Shown here in pieces: positions 55,589 through 64,000 of a DNA stretch of 64,000 nucleotides. A program made the translations under genes and the position numbers. Position 1 is the first letter of the stretch. Each line of letters starts with the position of its first letter. The stretch is taken from the IMG/VR virus record IMGVR_UViG_3300009512_000010, positions 64,001 to 128,000 of that record; one strand, given 5' to 3'. The stretch comes from a virus. The notes under the pieces were generated by a model that saw nothing but the letters and a program-made list of their open reading frames with translations, had not been told where the DNA came from and searched no databases.

Positions 55589-56657
55589 CTTCACCAAACA
55601 GCTACTGGAATCTAAACGTCCAGACATAGCCGAGATTGAGATGACACTCTTTGAGAACTGTCACCTCAACTGTTCTTTTTGTCACCACGACAAGAAGTCT
55701 ACAGTAGGCTTGTCTCGTGAAGAGATCTTCTCCAAGATCCCTCTAGTAGAAGAGCATGTTATTAAGATGAAGAACCGTGCAGACGTTATTCAGATCAATA
55801 TGCTTGGTGGAGAATTGTTTCAAGACCGAATATCTGAGTGGGCTTATGAGGTCTACTACGACTTCTTAGTTGAGATTAAGAAGATCTATGATGAACATAA
55901 GCAGAACATTAAAGTAGTTTGGGTAACATCCTTTCAGTTTAGTAAACGTGAGAGAGTTCAAAAACTACTTGATGATTTGAATGCAATAGACATTCCATCC
56001 TATATTATCTGTTCTTATGACTTTGATGGTAGACCTGTCAAAGGACCTTATGGCAAGAACATAGAATACTTTGCTGATTATATCACATCTATTAATATGG
56101 TTGCAACCACTATTTCTATTAAAAAGTTTATGGCAGATGAGGACGAGTACTTTCACTATCTGTATAATAAGTTTGATAACTTCTACTTTGATGATTACAT
56201 TCCTGATCGTGGTTATGACTATATGATCCCATCAGATAGTGAGTATCTTGAGTTCCTAAAGTTTGTGTATCATAACTATCCAGACATCAATCCTATCAAG
56301 GATCTGATCTATAACGAAACAAATCATATGCATTGCTTGGCTCTTAACAAGGTTACAATCTTTCCTGATAACTCTACATCAAACTGTAGATGGGATAGAT
56401 ATGACCAACGTGACTTCAACACGAAGTATGAGCCTAAAGATAATGCTGGTATGATGCAAGCTTATATGGATGAGAATGGTTGCTTGTCATGTAAGTGGTA
56501 CAACAAGTGTGGCTTTAGATGTTATACACAATGGGATTGGAAGAACCGTGAACGAGATCTGCCCGACTGTATAATGCGCATGTGGTTTAACTACATGGAC
56601 AAGACAGGACAAAACCAAATCACAGGATTTGATTACGTGGGAACAAACACTCCGTAA
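55575..56657 (+). CDS. Radical SAM/SPASM-like protein
   Basis: CHLNCSFC, LGGEL, C...C...CLSC-x5-C-x3-C...C. Confidence 0.88.
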   Translation: MDNFDFTKQLLESKRPDIAEIEMTLFENCHLNCSFCHHDKKSTVGLSREEIFSKIPLVEEHVIKMKNRADVIQINMLGGELFQDRISEWAYEVYYDFLVEIKKIYDEHKQNIKVVWVTSFQFSKRERVQKLLDDLNAIDIPSYIICSYDFDGRPVKGPYGKNIEYFADYITSINMVATTISIKKFMADEDEYFHYLYNKFDNFYFDDYIPDRGYDYMIPSDSEYLEFLKFVYHNYPDINPIKDLIYNETNHMHCLALNKVTIFPDNSTSNCRWDRYDQRDFNTKYEPKDNAGMMQAYMDENGCLSCKWYNKCGFRCYTQWDWKNRERDLPDCIMRMWFNYMDKTGQNQITGFDYVGTNTP

Positions 56658-57642
56658 CACCGTGATGCTCCATGTAGGATTGCACACCCTTATCGATACA
56701 CGTCATCATATGAGCACATCCAGAACAACTATCTGTATTGGCAGTGTATGCTAATTGCGACCCAAAGTTGTCGCTTTTGGCACTTATCCAAGATTCAATA
56801 TCATTCTCATCATGTACTTTAAACTTGTCTGTGCCTATCTTAACAATATCGTAGACGAATGGTGTCCAGAAGAAGTTGCCATTACAGTATGTGTAGTTAA
56901 GTTCTAAGGATCCGCCCTGTGCTTGATCGATGATAGTAGAGGGAAAAGCGTCTTCTGCCCAATCATCTAGCTTCTTCCACTTGTCTATTAGATGTTTCTG
57001 TACCTTAAACTTATCCGCTCTAAGAAACGATGGGTTAAGAGTTAAGATCGTGTCAAACTCATCGTCAGCAATATCTGAGAACTCTATGACTTTGGCATTG
57101 GTCTTATCGTCATTACCCATATTCATTACAAGATAGTAATTCAGATCGTCATCGAATAGGTTTAGCTTATCGATCATATCTTTGTATCCATGGGGGAACT
57201 TTTTAGGATCGATTGCTATGTTAGCATCGTACATGAACCCATCTATTTTGGGTATGCTGTTAAGTAATTCGATAACCTCCGTTGAGATGTTGGTTAGAGT
57301 CGTCACGAATTGTATAGTAGAAACCTTACTCAAACACTCTCGAAATGTTTCATCTCGCAATAACTCTATGACGTTGTTGTTGCCGAATAGATCAGTTGGT
57401 CCGATATTGATAGTGGAAACCCTATACCCATTATTATTGAACAAGTCAATAGCATTGTTTAATCTTTCGTAGGATCCCATGTTAGTGCCTAGTTTGTTTA
57501 CAAAACAACCCACACACTTGAACTCACATCCTGACAGAACTTCAGCATTGAATATAACCTTGATCTCGTGTCCTTCGTTAAAGGATAGATCAAAGTCTGC
57601 ATCAGCCTGAGCTTCTTTCTTGTTGTTAGTAACTATTCCCAT
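56620..57642 (-). CDS. Divergent radical SAM-like protein (GPTD subfamily)
   Basis: GCEFKCVGCF, IGPTDLF, CSGC-x5-C...C; start refined to 57642. Confidence 0.8.
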   Translation of the reverse strand: MGIVTNNKKEAQADADFDLSFNEGHEIKVIFNAEVLSGCEFKCVGCFVNKLGTNMGSYERLNNAIDLFNNNGYRVSTINIGPTDLFGNNNVIELLRDETFRECLSKVSTIQFVTTLTNISTEVIELLNSIPKIDGFMYDANIAIDPKKFPHGYKDMIDKLNLFDDDLNYYLVMNMGNDDKTNAKVIEFSDIADDEFDTILTLNPSFLRADKFKVQKHLIDKWKKLDDWAEDAFPSTIIDQAQGGSLELNYTYCNGNFFWTPFVYDIVKIGTDKFKVHDENDIESWISAKSDNFGSQLAYTANTDSCSGCAHMMTCIDKGVQSYMEHHGVTECLFPRNQIL

Positions 57643-58759
57643 GGTAATCCTCGTTATCGAATAGAGCAATAACATCTTTGTTTAATATACATTCAGATCT
57701 TCCCTCAAACATCGTATCCATAACTTTGGGTATCAATCTGTTGGAGCACACGTTGAGGTACTTACACGTTCCGCATTCTTTATTAGAACTATTTATTATC
57801 TGATCTGTAACGACTTGGTGTTTGTAATTTAAGATACCTTCTACTGTATGTGTAGTGATCTCGAAGTCATCTTTATAGATCTGAGCATTCTCATAGATGA
57901 ATGGTGACGCATATAGTTTGCCGTTGTGGATGTTCACCACCGCATAGTGAAATGCTTTGTGAGATAGATCCCCCTGTAAGAAGTGAAACTTGTTCTTAAA
58001 ACGATTGACATCACTAGACAAGTTTGTCAACATATCATTCCAAGCGAATAGTTTGTCTCCATGCTTGGTAGAATGGTTAAAGGATCTGACAACAGAGGGT
58101 AAGATTTCAATGACCGTGTCGTAGGTTTCACGTATGTAGTCGATAGCTTCGTATAGCCTGTCTTCGATACCCTCTACAATGTTAGTTGCCATAGAGATCT
58201 CAAAGTCCAACGAACTCTCTTTGAAGTTCATCACTCTGTTTCTCAATGCTTTCCTGTATCTTTTATCATCCAATACACGCACAAGATCTAAAGCAATCTG
58301 CACATCCCAAGACTCAACAACCTTACCAAGAGGAGACTTTTCGATAGCCTTGATCTTACCTAGAATATCATCTTCCGATAGAGACCCCATGATAGAACAG
58401 TTATGTTGAATGTTTCTATTACCTTCTGGTATCATAGAGATGGCATCAGATAATCTGGCATTGTGTATGATTTCTTCTAGGTTTTCTGCACCATAGAAGT
58501 CTGTAGGTCCGATAACAATATCGTCTAACACGACATCAGTTCTACCATGTAATTCGTATGCCAGATTGTGAAACATCTTAATTGACTTGGGATTCCAATT
58601 ACCTCTACGTTTAACAAAACAACCAGGACACATGTAAGAGCACCCTTCAAGTAATTCTAAAGTAACTTGGATCTTGTACTGCGTCATTGAGGATACTGAA
58701 GTAAACTCTTCTCCCACACCACCGTGCTTAACAATGTCTTTCCAACTATTATTTAACAT
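57626..58759 (-). CDS. Divergent radical SAM-like protein (GPTD subfamily)
   Basis: GCSYMCPGCF, IGPTDFY, CGTC-x5-C...C. Confidence 0.8.
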   Translation of the reverse strand: MLNNSWKDIVKHGGVGEEFTSVSSMTQYKIQVTLELLEGCSYMCPGCFVKRRGNWNPKSIKMFHNLAYELHGRTDVVLDDIVIGPTDFYGAENLEEIIHNARLSDAISMIPEGNRNIQHNCSIMGSLSEDDILGKIKAIEKSPLGKVVESWDVQIALDLVRVLDDKRYRKALRNRVMNFKESSLDFEISMATNIVEGIEDRLYEAIDYIRETYDTVIEILPSVVRSFNHSTKHGDKLFAWNDMLTNLSSDVNRFKNKFHFLQGDLSHKAFHYAVVNIHNGKLYASPFIYENAQIYKDDFEITTHTVEGILNYKHQVVTDQIINSSNKECGTCKYLNVCSNRLIPKVMDTMFEGRSECILNKDVIALFDNEDYHGNSY

Positions 58760-59912
58760 AGGAGATGTCCTTAATTCGTTCTAGTTCTGGATCGTCATCT
58801 GTTGTAACAAGAAACCTCTTACGATAACCCTTCTTATCGTTTTCAACAGAATAGTCATCCCACTGATACATCTTCTGAGCAGGTGCATTATAGTTATGTA
58901 TATGTTCCATCATATTCTGCTTAGGAGCAATACAACGATCAACTCCAAGGTAATCTCTGAGTAGAATAATCTTTCTATTGTAACAAGACATCATCAAGGG
59001 ACAAGTTTCGCACTCTGTGCCCTTGACCCTTTCCAACTGAGATTGTACAATAGGAAGCACATCGTCAAAGTTATCCACTTTAAACATCTCATGGTACAAT
59101 GCCATGTTTTCGTACATAAACGGCGAAATGAACCATTCGCCCTTTTTATAGTTTAGTACGGTATAGTTCATGCCACCGTGTGAGTGGTCTACCATTATGT
59201 TATTTAATTCTGTTTCTTTATAAGCACTTAGCTCGTTAAAGAAGTCATTAAACTTGTCTAATGTATCTAATATTAGTTTAGGCTTGTGAGAACGTGAAAC
59301 AGACGGTACAAAGTCTAATATCGTTTTAAAGCGTTCTATTGCACTTTTATGCAGTTTAACGTAGTCTAGGCCATAATCACGTATATTGACCACAAACGTA
59401 TATGTCACTTCATGTTCTAGGTTTTTATCAATGTACTCCAACATCTTGTGAATATGCTGTACATAATCCTCATCAAAGAACTTGTTAACATTCGTTGCGA
59501 TACCAATTTCAATCTCAGTATCTATGTTAATATTATTTGTTATGAAAGCAACCCATCGTGGAAGATCCCCATCAATCAGTGTGCTGACAAATGCAAGAAT
59601 GGGTGAGTTCTCATTAATGATATCGACTAGAGATGGCATGACCTCATAGAAGTTTTCGGACGCAAGAAAGTCTGTAGGTCCGATAAGGATCTCGTCAACC
59701 AAGATGCCTCTATCAGTTATGTCTCGTATGAAGTCTTTGGCTTTATGGATCTGATGTTCATCACTAGCATTACCTCTGCGATGCACAAAACATCCCGGAC
59801 ATTTGTGATGACAACCATCTAGGATATCAAGCTGAAGTTTAACCGCCGAGACTGGTTTAGTTTGCGTCTCTGTGGTTAGCTCGTAATATAAGTTGTTCTT
59901 AATTAACGGCAT
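58749..59912 (-). CDS. Divergent radical SAM-like protein (GPTD subfamily)
   Basis: GCHHKCPGCF, IGPTDFL, CETC-x5-C...C. Confidence 0.8.
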   Translation of the reverse strand: MPLIKNNLYYELTTETQTKPVSAVKLQLDILDGCHHKCPGCFVHRRGNASDEHQIHKAKDFIRDITDRGILVDEILIGPTDFLASENFYEVMPSLVDIINENSPILAFVSTLIDGDLPRWVAFITNNINIDTEIEIGIATNVNKFFDEDYVQHIHKMLEYIDKNLEHEVTYTFVVNIRDYGLDYVKLHKSAIERFKTILDFVPSVSRSHKPKLILDTLDKFNDFFNELSAYKETELNNIMVDHSHGGMNYTVLNYKKGEWFISPFMYENMALYHEMFKVDNFDDVLPIVQSQLERVKGTECETCPLMMSCYNRKIILLRDYLGVDRCIAPKQNMMEHIHNYNAPAQKMYQWDDYSVENDKKGYRKRFLVTTDDDPELERIKDISYVK

Positions 59913-60924
59913 GCATATATTCTTTCAAGGCAACACAAGTGTTCAACTTCCTTGACTTCATATACACGTGTATGTTTCTTTCTGCGCAACTCATTAGGTA
60001 TTCGCATGTGTTACAATCGTCTACTGTCTTTGCATACTCTAGGTTAGTGCCCAACCATTCCTGATCCATTGTAGTTTGAAACTCAGGTGTTCTCTGAATG
60101 ATTGCGTCATATAAAAATGGATTGATGTATAATTTGCCGTTGTAGAAACTATAGTTCTGACAGCCATATCCATTAAACCTAGCATCAAAGAATGTGTATA
60201 AGTTCCTCCACTCATCATTTATCTTCTGCTTACGCAGATCTGCCCTAAACATATCAAGAAACTTATTGACCTTACCACGTGCATTCTTGTCTGTCAAGAA
60301 AGAAGGTGCGATGACTATGGGTGCGTTAAAGTCTTCCTTGACTTTGGCACACAGATCATTATATCCTATTCTGTCAAACAAATCAGGAGTGTAGTTAACT
60401 CTGAACTGAACAGATCCAATGGTAAACATCTTTATGTTTTCAAGGAAGTTGGGGTCAAGGTCATCATCAAGATACGCCTCAACATCTAACACAATCTTAA
60501 AGTCGATATCTGGAATTCTATTGATGTTACGATAGATCTGCCAAATCATATCAAGTTTAGGCTTGACAACCTTTGGGTCTTGTAATAGTGTAGATGTAAA
60601 TCCGACACCACTTATAGCATACAGGTCTGTCATCGATGGGTGTGTCATCACCTCATCAAAGTTCTGAGCATCAAAGATGTCAGTTGGACCTATAGTAATT
60701 TCATCTGGATAGAACTGTCCCTTACACAACTCATCGTATAGAGTAGCCATGTGATCAGGTGATGTCAAGTTCTTTCTTGGGATAAAGCATCCGGGACACA
60801 TCTGATCACAACCATGGAGAATATCCAAGTTGATCTCTGTGCGTAGGAAATCGGTATTAACAGGGCTTATGCCATGAACGTAACGATAGTACCCTGCTTC
60901 TGTTGCATTAAGCTTTGTTATCAT
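59899..60924 (-). CDS. Divergent radical SAM-like protein (GPTD subfamily)
   Basis: GCDQMCPGCF, IGPTDIF, CNTC-x5-C...C. Confidence 0.8.
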   Translation of the reverse strand: MITKLNATEAGYYRYVHGISPVNTDFLRTEINLDILHGCDQMCPGCFIPRKNLTSPDHMATLYDELCKGQFYPDEITIGPTDIFDAQNFDEVMTHPSMTDLYAISGVGFTSTLLQDPKVVKPKLDMIWQIYRNINRIPDIDFKIVLDVEAYLDDDLDPNFLENIKMFTIGSVQFRVNYTPDLFDRIGYNDLCAKVKEDFNAPIVIAPSFLTDKNARGKVNKFLDMFRADLRKQKINDEWRNLYTFFDARFNGYGCQNYSFYNGKLYINPFLYDAIIQRTPEFQTTMDQEWLGTNLEYAKTVDDCNTCEYLMSCAERNIHVYMKSRKLNTCVALKEYMHAVN

Positions 60925-61666
60925 CTAGAATCAACATGAAATCGTCGGGAAAGAATGATACGATCTGATCCGTAATCTTAGTCTCACACATAATATGATA
61001 GAGATCTTTGCCGAAATATTTGGGGGAGTCGTTAAACACTTGTTTATTATATTCAATCGACAATCCGTTTTTACTCAAGATTAGTAGAAGCGCATCATAG
61101 CCTGTAGTGAGAAGTCTGGCAATATTAGGTCCACACGTAGCTGGTTTATCAACTACCTTGATGTCTTCAACCAGTTCTTTTAGATTTTTTTCGGTTAGCT
61201 TCATATCATCGTCAAGCCCATCGTATAGTTTAGTTAGGGCAAATGGTACTGAAGATGCAACTGTGGCGATTAAATCGTCAACCAATTGTTCATTATCTTC
61301 AATAAACTTATCGATAAGTTTTGGTGGGAACAGATATAATAGTTGGCTCTCTTGTTCACCAATGTCATGTCTATATTTGAACTTAATAATAAGAACAATG
61401 ATCCTAGCCAATAGAGGACAGTCAACCATAAAGTCTGATTTGATATACGCTTTAATCAAGTCTTCGTCAATAGAAGAGAACGTTGTCTTAAAGTTAGTGT
61501 TAGCCAAATAGATGATAATGTGCTGTGCAGACAACTTCTCTTTACTCTTAGCATAATCAACCCAAAGAACGTATTCTTCAAGTTCACTCTTGTCTTTATA
61601 GATCTGTACTAAGTGTTGAGGAGATAGTGGTAACTCATAACACGTACTCTCGTCTGGAGTTGTCAT
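60908..61666 (-). CDS. Hypothetical protein in the rSAM operon
   Basis: Helical-looking ORF; start refined to MTTPDE at 61666. Confidence 0.7.
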   Translation of the reverse strand: MTTPDESTCYELPLSPQHLVQIYKDKSELEEYVLWVDYAKSKEKLSAQHIIIYLANTNFKTTFSSIDEDLIKAYIKSDFMVDCPLLARIIVLIIKFKYRHDIGEQESQLLYLFPPKLIDKFIEDNEQLVDDLIATVASSVPFALTKLYDGLDDDMKLTEKNLKELVEDIKVVDKPATCGPNIARLLTTGYDALLLILSKNGLSIEYNKQVFNDSPKYFGKDLYHIMCETKITDQIVSFFPDDFMLILDDNKA

Positions 61667-61679
61667 AATATAGTATTCC

Positions 61680-62783
61680 TTACAATGGGTACTTGTGGAT
61701 AAGATATGGAATGCGGTTTTGTCTCTTAGAGAAGAACTGCACATCTGTATTTATCAGCTTCAAATCTGCGGTTAGATTGTCCATGTCAAAGTCATTCTGC
61801 AATACCTTGCGCACGATAGGAAACACATTCTTAAACTCTGTGTATAGATCCATATATTCCCAACCATCTGCGTCACTATCTGCCTTAGATTGGTGAGCCG
61901 CAAGGAATGCAGTATCGTCTTTAACCAAGTTCCACAACTCTTCTAGTTGATAGAAAGCGGCAGTATAGTTTCCAGCATTAGCCTTAGTAACATAACAGGA
62001 TCTGATCCACGTAGTCTTGTTGGTTGCATATTCTGCATTACGTGATACATTGGCATTCATCCAATCGATGACTGCTAAAATATAAGCCAAGTAGTGGCGT
62101 CTTGATGTAAAGTGTTCCATCACATCTTGTGCCATTGTGGATTGGTGTACTGTAAACTTCTCTTTGATTAGTAGTTGTACTGAATTATTTGTATAGTAAT
62201 CGTTTAAGAAGAACAGTAGGTCATAACTGAAGTTCTTGCCATTCTGATAGATCACCGTATAAGGAGTTACTGCCCCACCACCTGAGTCTGTGGAGAATAG
62301 TGTGTCTACATGATTTGATACATCTAAAATAGTTTCATTGTCAAGCACCATAGTGAGCATAACATCCATAGAGAAGATCTTCTCAAGGAATGCTCCAACC
62401 ATTGCATTAACGTTAGTAGACGAGTCATAGAAACCAGATGCCGTAATAAGACCTGATGTGTAACGTGCAAAAACTGTGATCATATCTTCAACAGTAGAAA
62501 ATAGAATGATAACCTTATCACTGTTTTGAATATAGTCGATATCATCTACATCAGCGTAATCCATATAACTAATCAAATCGTTAGCATTTGCTCTAATCGT
62601 ATTAGCAATAGACTCATACTGAGCCGCCAATAATTGATCACCATTAGATCGGTGTACAATCACGATGTTACGTGGGGTTGCTGTGTGATAATACGAGTTT
62701 AACTCGAAACACACTGTTCCCAAGTTGTTAATAGTTGAGATATACTTTGAGTTGTTTAAGTAATAGAGATTTTGACCGATCAT
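61680..62783 (-). CDS. Hypothetical protein in the rSAM operon
   Basis: 367-aa ORF with no recognisable motif. Confidence 0.7.
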   Translation of the reverse strand: MIGQNLYYLNNSKYISTINNLGTVCFELNSYYHTATPRNIVIVHRSNGDQLLAAQYESIANTIRANANDLISYMDYADVDDIDYIQNSDKVIILFSTVEDMITVFARYTSGLITASGFYDSSTNVNAMVGAFLEKIFSMDVMLTMVLDNETILDVSNHVDTLFSTDSGGGAVTPYTVIYQNGKNFSYDLLFFLNDYYTNNSVQLLIKEKFTVHQSTMAQDVMEHFTSRRHYLAYILAVIDWMNANVSRNAEYATNKTTWIRSCYVTKANAGNYTAAFYQLEELWNLVKDDTAFLAAHQSKADSDADGWEYMDLYTEFKNVFPIVRKVLQNDFDMDNLTADLKLINTDVQFFSKRQNRIPYLIHKYPL

Positions 62784-62785
62784 GG

Positions 62786-63964
62786 TTACGCTCCGTCTTT
62801 CATTTTGTATTTAGTTGCATCATCATTCCATGTAAAGTCGAATGGATTATAGTGTTTCAATGTTTCTTTAGGTAATACACACCCATCAATATTGAGACTA
62901 TCTTGAGCCTCGAATACCAATCTACTTGCACAAGCCATAGCAAACTGACAGTCTGCACAATCTTTTACCTTACTAGACTTATTTATACCCTTTGTAATCA
63001 GTTCGTTCTTACGTTGTAAGATCTCTTCGAATGTAAGTCCTGTTACGTCTAGGTTCTTATTAGTTATAAAGAACGCTTGTTCGTGAAGCATTACATTCAA
63101 GTGTGTCGTAGGTCCGTTCTCTCCTGGAACAATAGTAATGCCCACAAAGTTGATTGAGTTACAGTAGAGATTAGCCATAGACATAACAGTCTCACTAGCA
63201 TTGTTCTCATCAATAACCGACTCAAGGAACTTATTCCACGCAAACAAGTTGTTACGTTGAATGATTTGATTAGGTGCCCTAGCGAATGCAGGGTTCATTT
63301 CCATAATAGTGCCGAAGTCGTTTACAGAACGATCAATCAGCCTATTGTATTTCTCTTTGTCAATCTGCTTACCGACAACGTTAGAAGCCTGTAATGTCCA
63401 AGACCAATCCATCATCTTTGGAGTTTCGTTCTTAAAGAACTCTATTTTCTCCATAACTCTGTTATAGTAATCGTCATCATCCAACATCTCGTTAATACGA
63501 CCAATCGGCATAATGAATTCGATAACCATGTCACGTCTATACGCATCTAGGTCATCCAGAATAGCAAAGATCTCTCTGACCTTTTCCATTGAAGCATTGT
63601 CGAACTTAGCTGGAGACGCAATACGTGCATTAGTGTGTTCTCTCATTATAGCTTGAACAGTTGGGTTTGTCAATACTTCTTTTGTATTCTTAGCAGAAAA
63701 TAGATCTGTAGGTCCGATAACAAACTCTCTTAGGTTACCACCCACACGTAATACACCATCAGCAAGTTCCTTAGCACGATCAATGATCTGTTGATTGCTT
63801 ACAGGATCAATTGCTTTGTCAACGAAACATCCAAGACAGCCCTGTTCACATCCAGCCAGAACTTCCATCTGAATAAGAACATCGAACTTTGTTGCATCAG
63901 ATGGTGCCAGACTTTCGGGTCCTGAGTATCTCATCTGCTTACAATATGATTGTTGCATTGTCAT
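62786..63964 (-). CDS. Divergent radical SAM-like protein (GPTD subfamily)
   Basis: GCEQGCLGCF, IGPTDLF, CADC-x5-C...C. Confidence 0.8.
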   Translation of the reverse strand: MTMQQSYCKQMRYSGPESLAPSDATKFDVLIQMEVLAGCEQGCLGCFVDKAIDPVSNQQIIDRAKELADGVLRVGGNLREFVIGPTDLFSAKNTKEVLTNPTVQAIMREHTNARIASPAKFDNASMEKVREIFAILDDLDAYRRDMVIEFIMPIGRINEMLDDDDYYNRVMEKIEFFKNETPKMMDWSWTLQASNVVGKQIDKEKYNRLIDRSVNDFGTIMEMNPAFARAPNQIIQRNNLFAWNKFLESVIDENNASETVMSMANLYCNSINFVGITIVPGENGPTTHLNVMLHEQAFFITNKNLDVTGLTFEEILQRKNELITKGINKSSKVKDCADCQFAMACASRLVFEAQDSLNIDGCVLPKETLKHYNPFDFTWNDDATKYKMKDGA

Positions 63965-63965
63965 G

Positions 63966-64000
63966 TTATCGTCTTCCTCTTGATGTATGACAGCTGGTGT
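63966..64000 (-). CDS. C-terminal end of an upstream gene, ...TSCHTSRGRR* (candidate modification substrate)
   Basis: Minus strand AC ACC AGC TGT CAT ACA TCA AGA GGA AGA CGA TAA; stop lies 1 nt before the rSAM ATG. Only 35 nt visible. Confidence 0.6.
   Translation of the reverse strand, partial: TSCHTSRGRR

Noticed and set aside
52258-56657. rSAM genes as 7-deazaguanine (QueE) or anaerobic RNR activase (NrdG) functions
   Set aside because: They have standard Cx3Cx2C motifs with SPASM-like tails, and no queC, queD, folE, dpdA or nrdD neighbours are seen
1-64000. Alternative genetic code or stop-codon reassignment
   Set aside because: Core genes translate full length with the standard code, and TAA, TAG and TGA all act as stops

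Overview
A 64 kb fragment of a T4-like myophage, roughly 40% GC by eye. A permuted two-piece tmRNA, a DUF1127 gene and a ROSE-like thermometer suggest an alphaproteobacterial, probably marine, host. The core T4 modules are clear. Replication and recombination: gp41, uvsX, gp43, regA, gp62/44/45, gp46/47, gp55, uvsW, uvsY. Virion: gp3, 23, 22, 21, 20, 19, 18, 17, 16, 15, 14, 13. Many sigma70-type and T4 late (TATAAATA) promoters are visible. Accessory content: (1) a late-promoter curli operon (csgF, csgG, two curlin-repeat genes, FecR-domain gene); (2) tmRNA followed by a porin-like gene; (3) a Kdo/nucleotide-sugar cluster and PiT-like transporter inside the replication module; (4) head-fibre-like genes inserted among the head genes; (5) one protein fusing COLGALT-like, PLOD-glycosyltransferase-like and lysyl-hydroxylase-like domains; (6) the most striking element, a >12 kb locus of nine radical-SAM-family genes in two convergent operons, with two Fe(II) oxygenases nearby. 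At the window edge is the C-terminus (...TSCHTSRGRR*) of a candidate Cys/His-Xaa-Ser substrate, pointing to a phage-encoded protein/peptide modification system. All calls come from motif recognition by eye; no searches were run.
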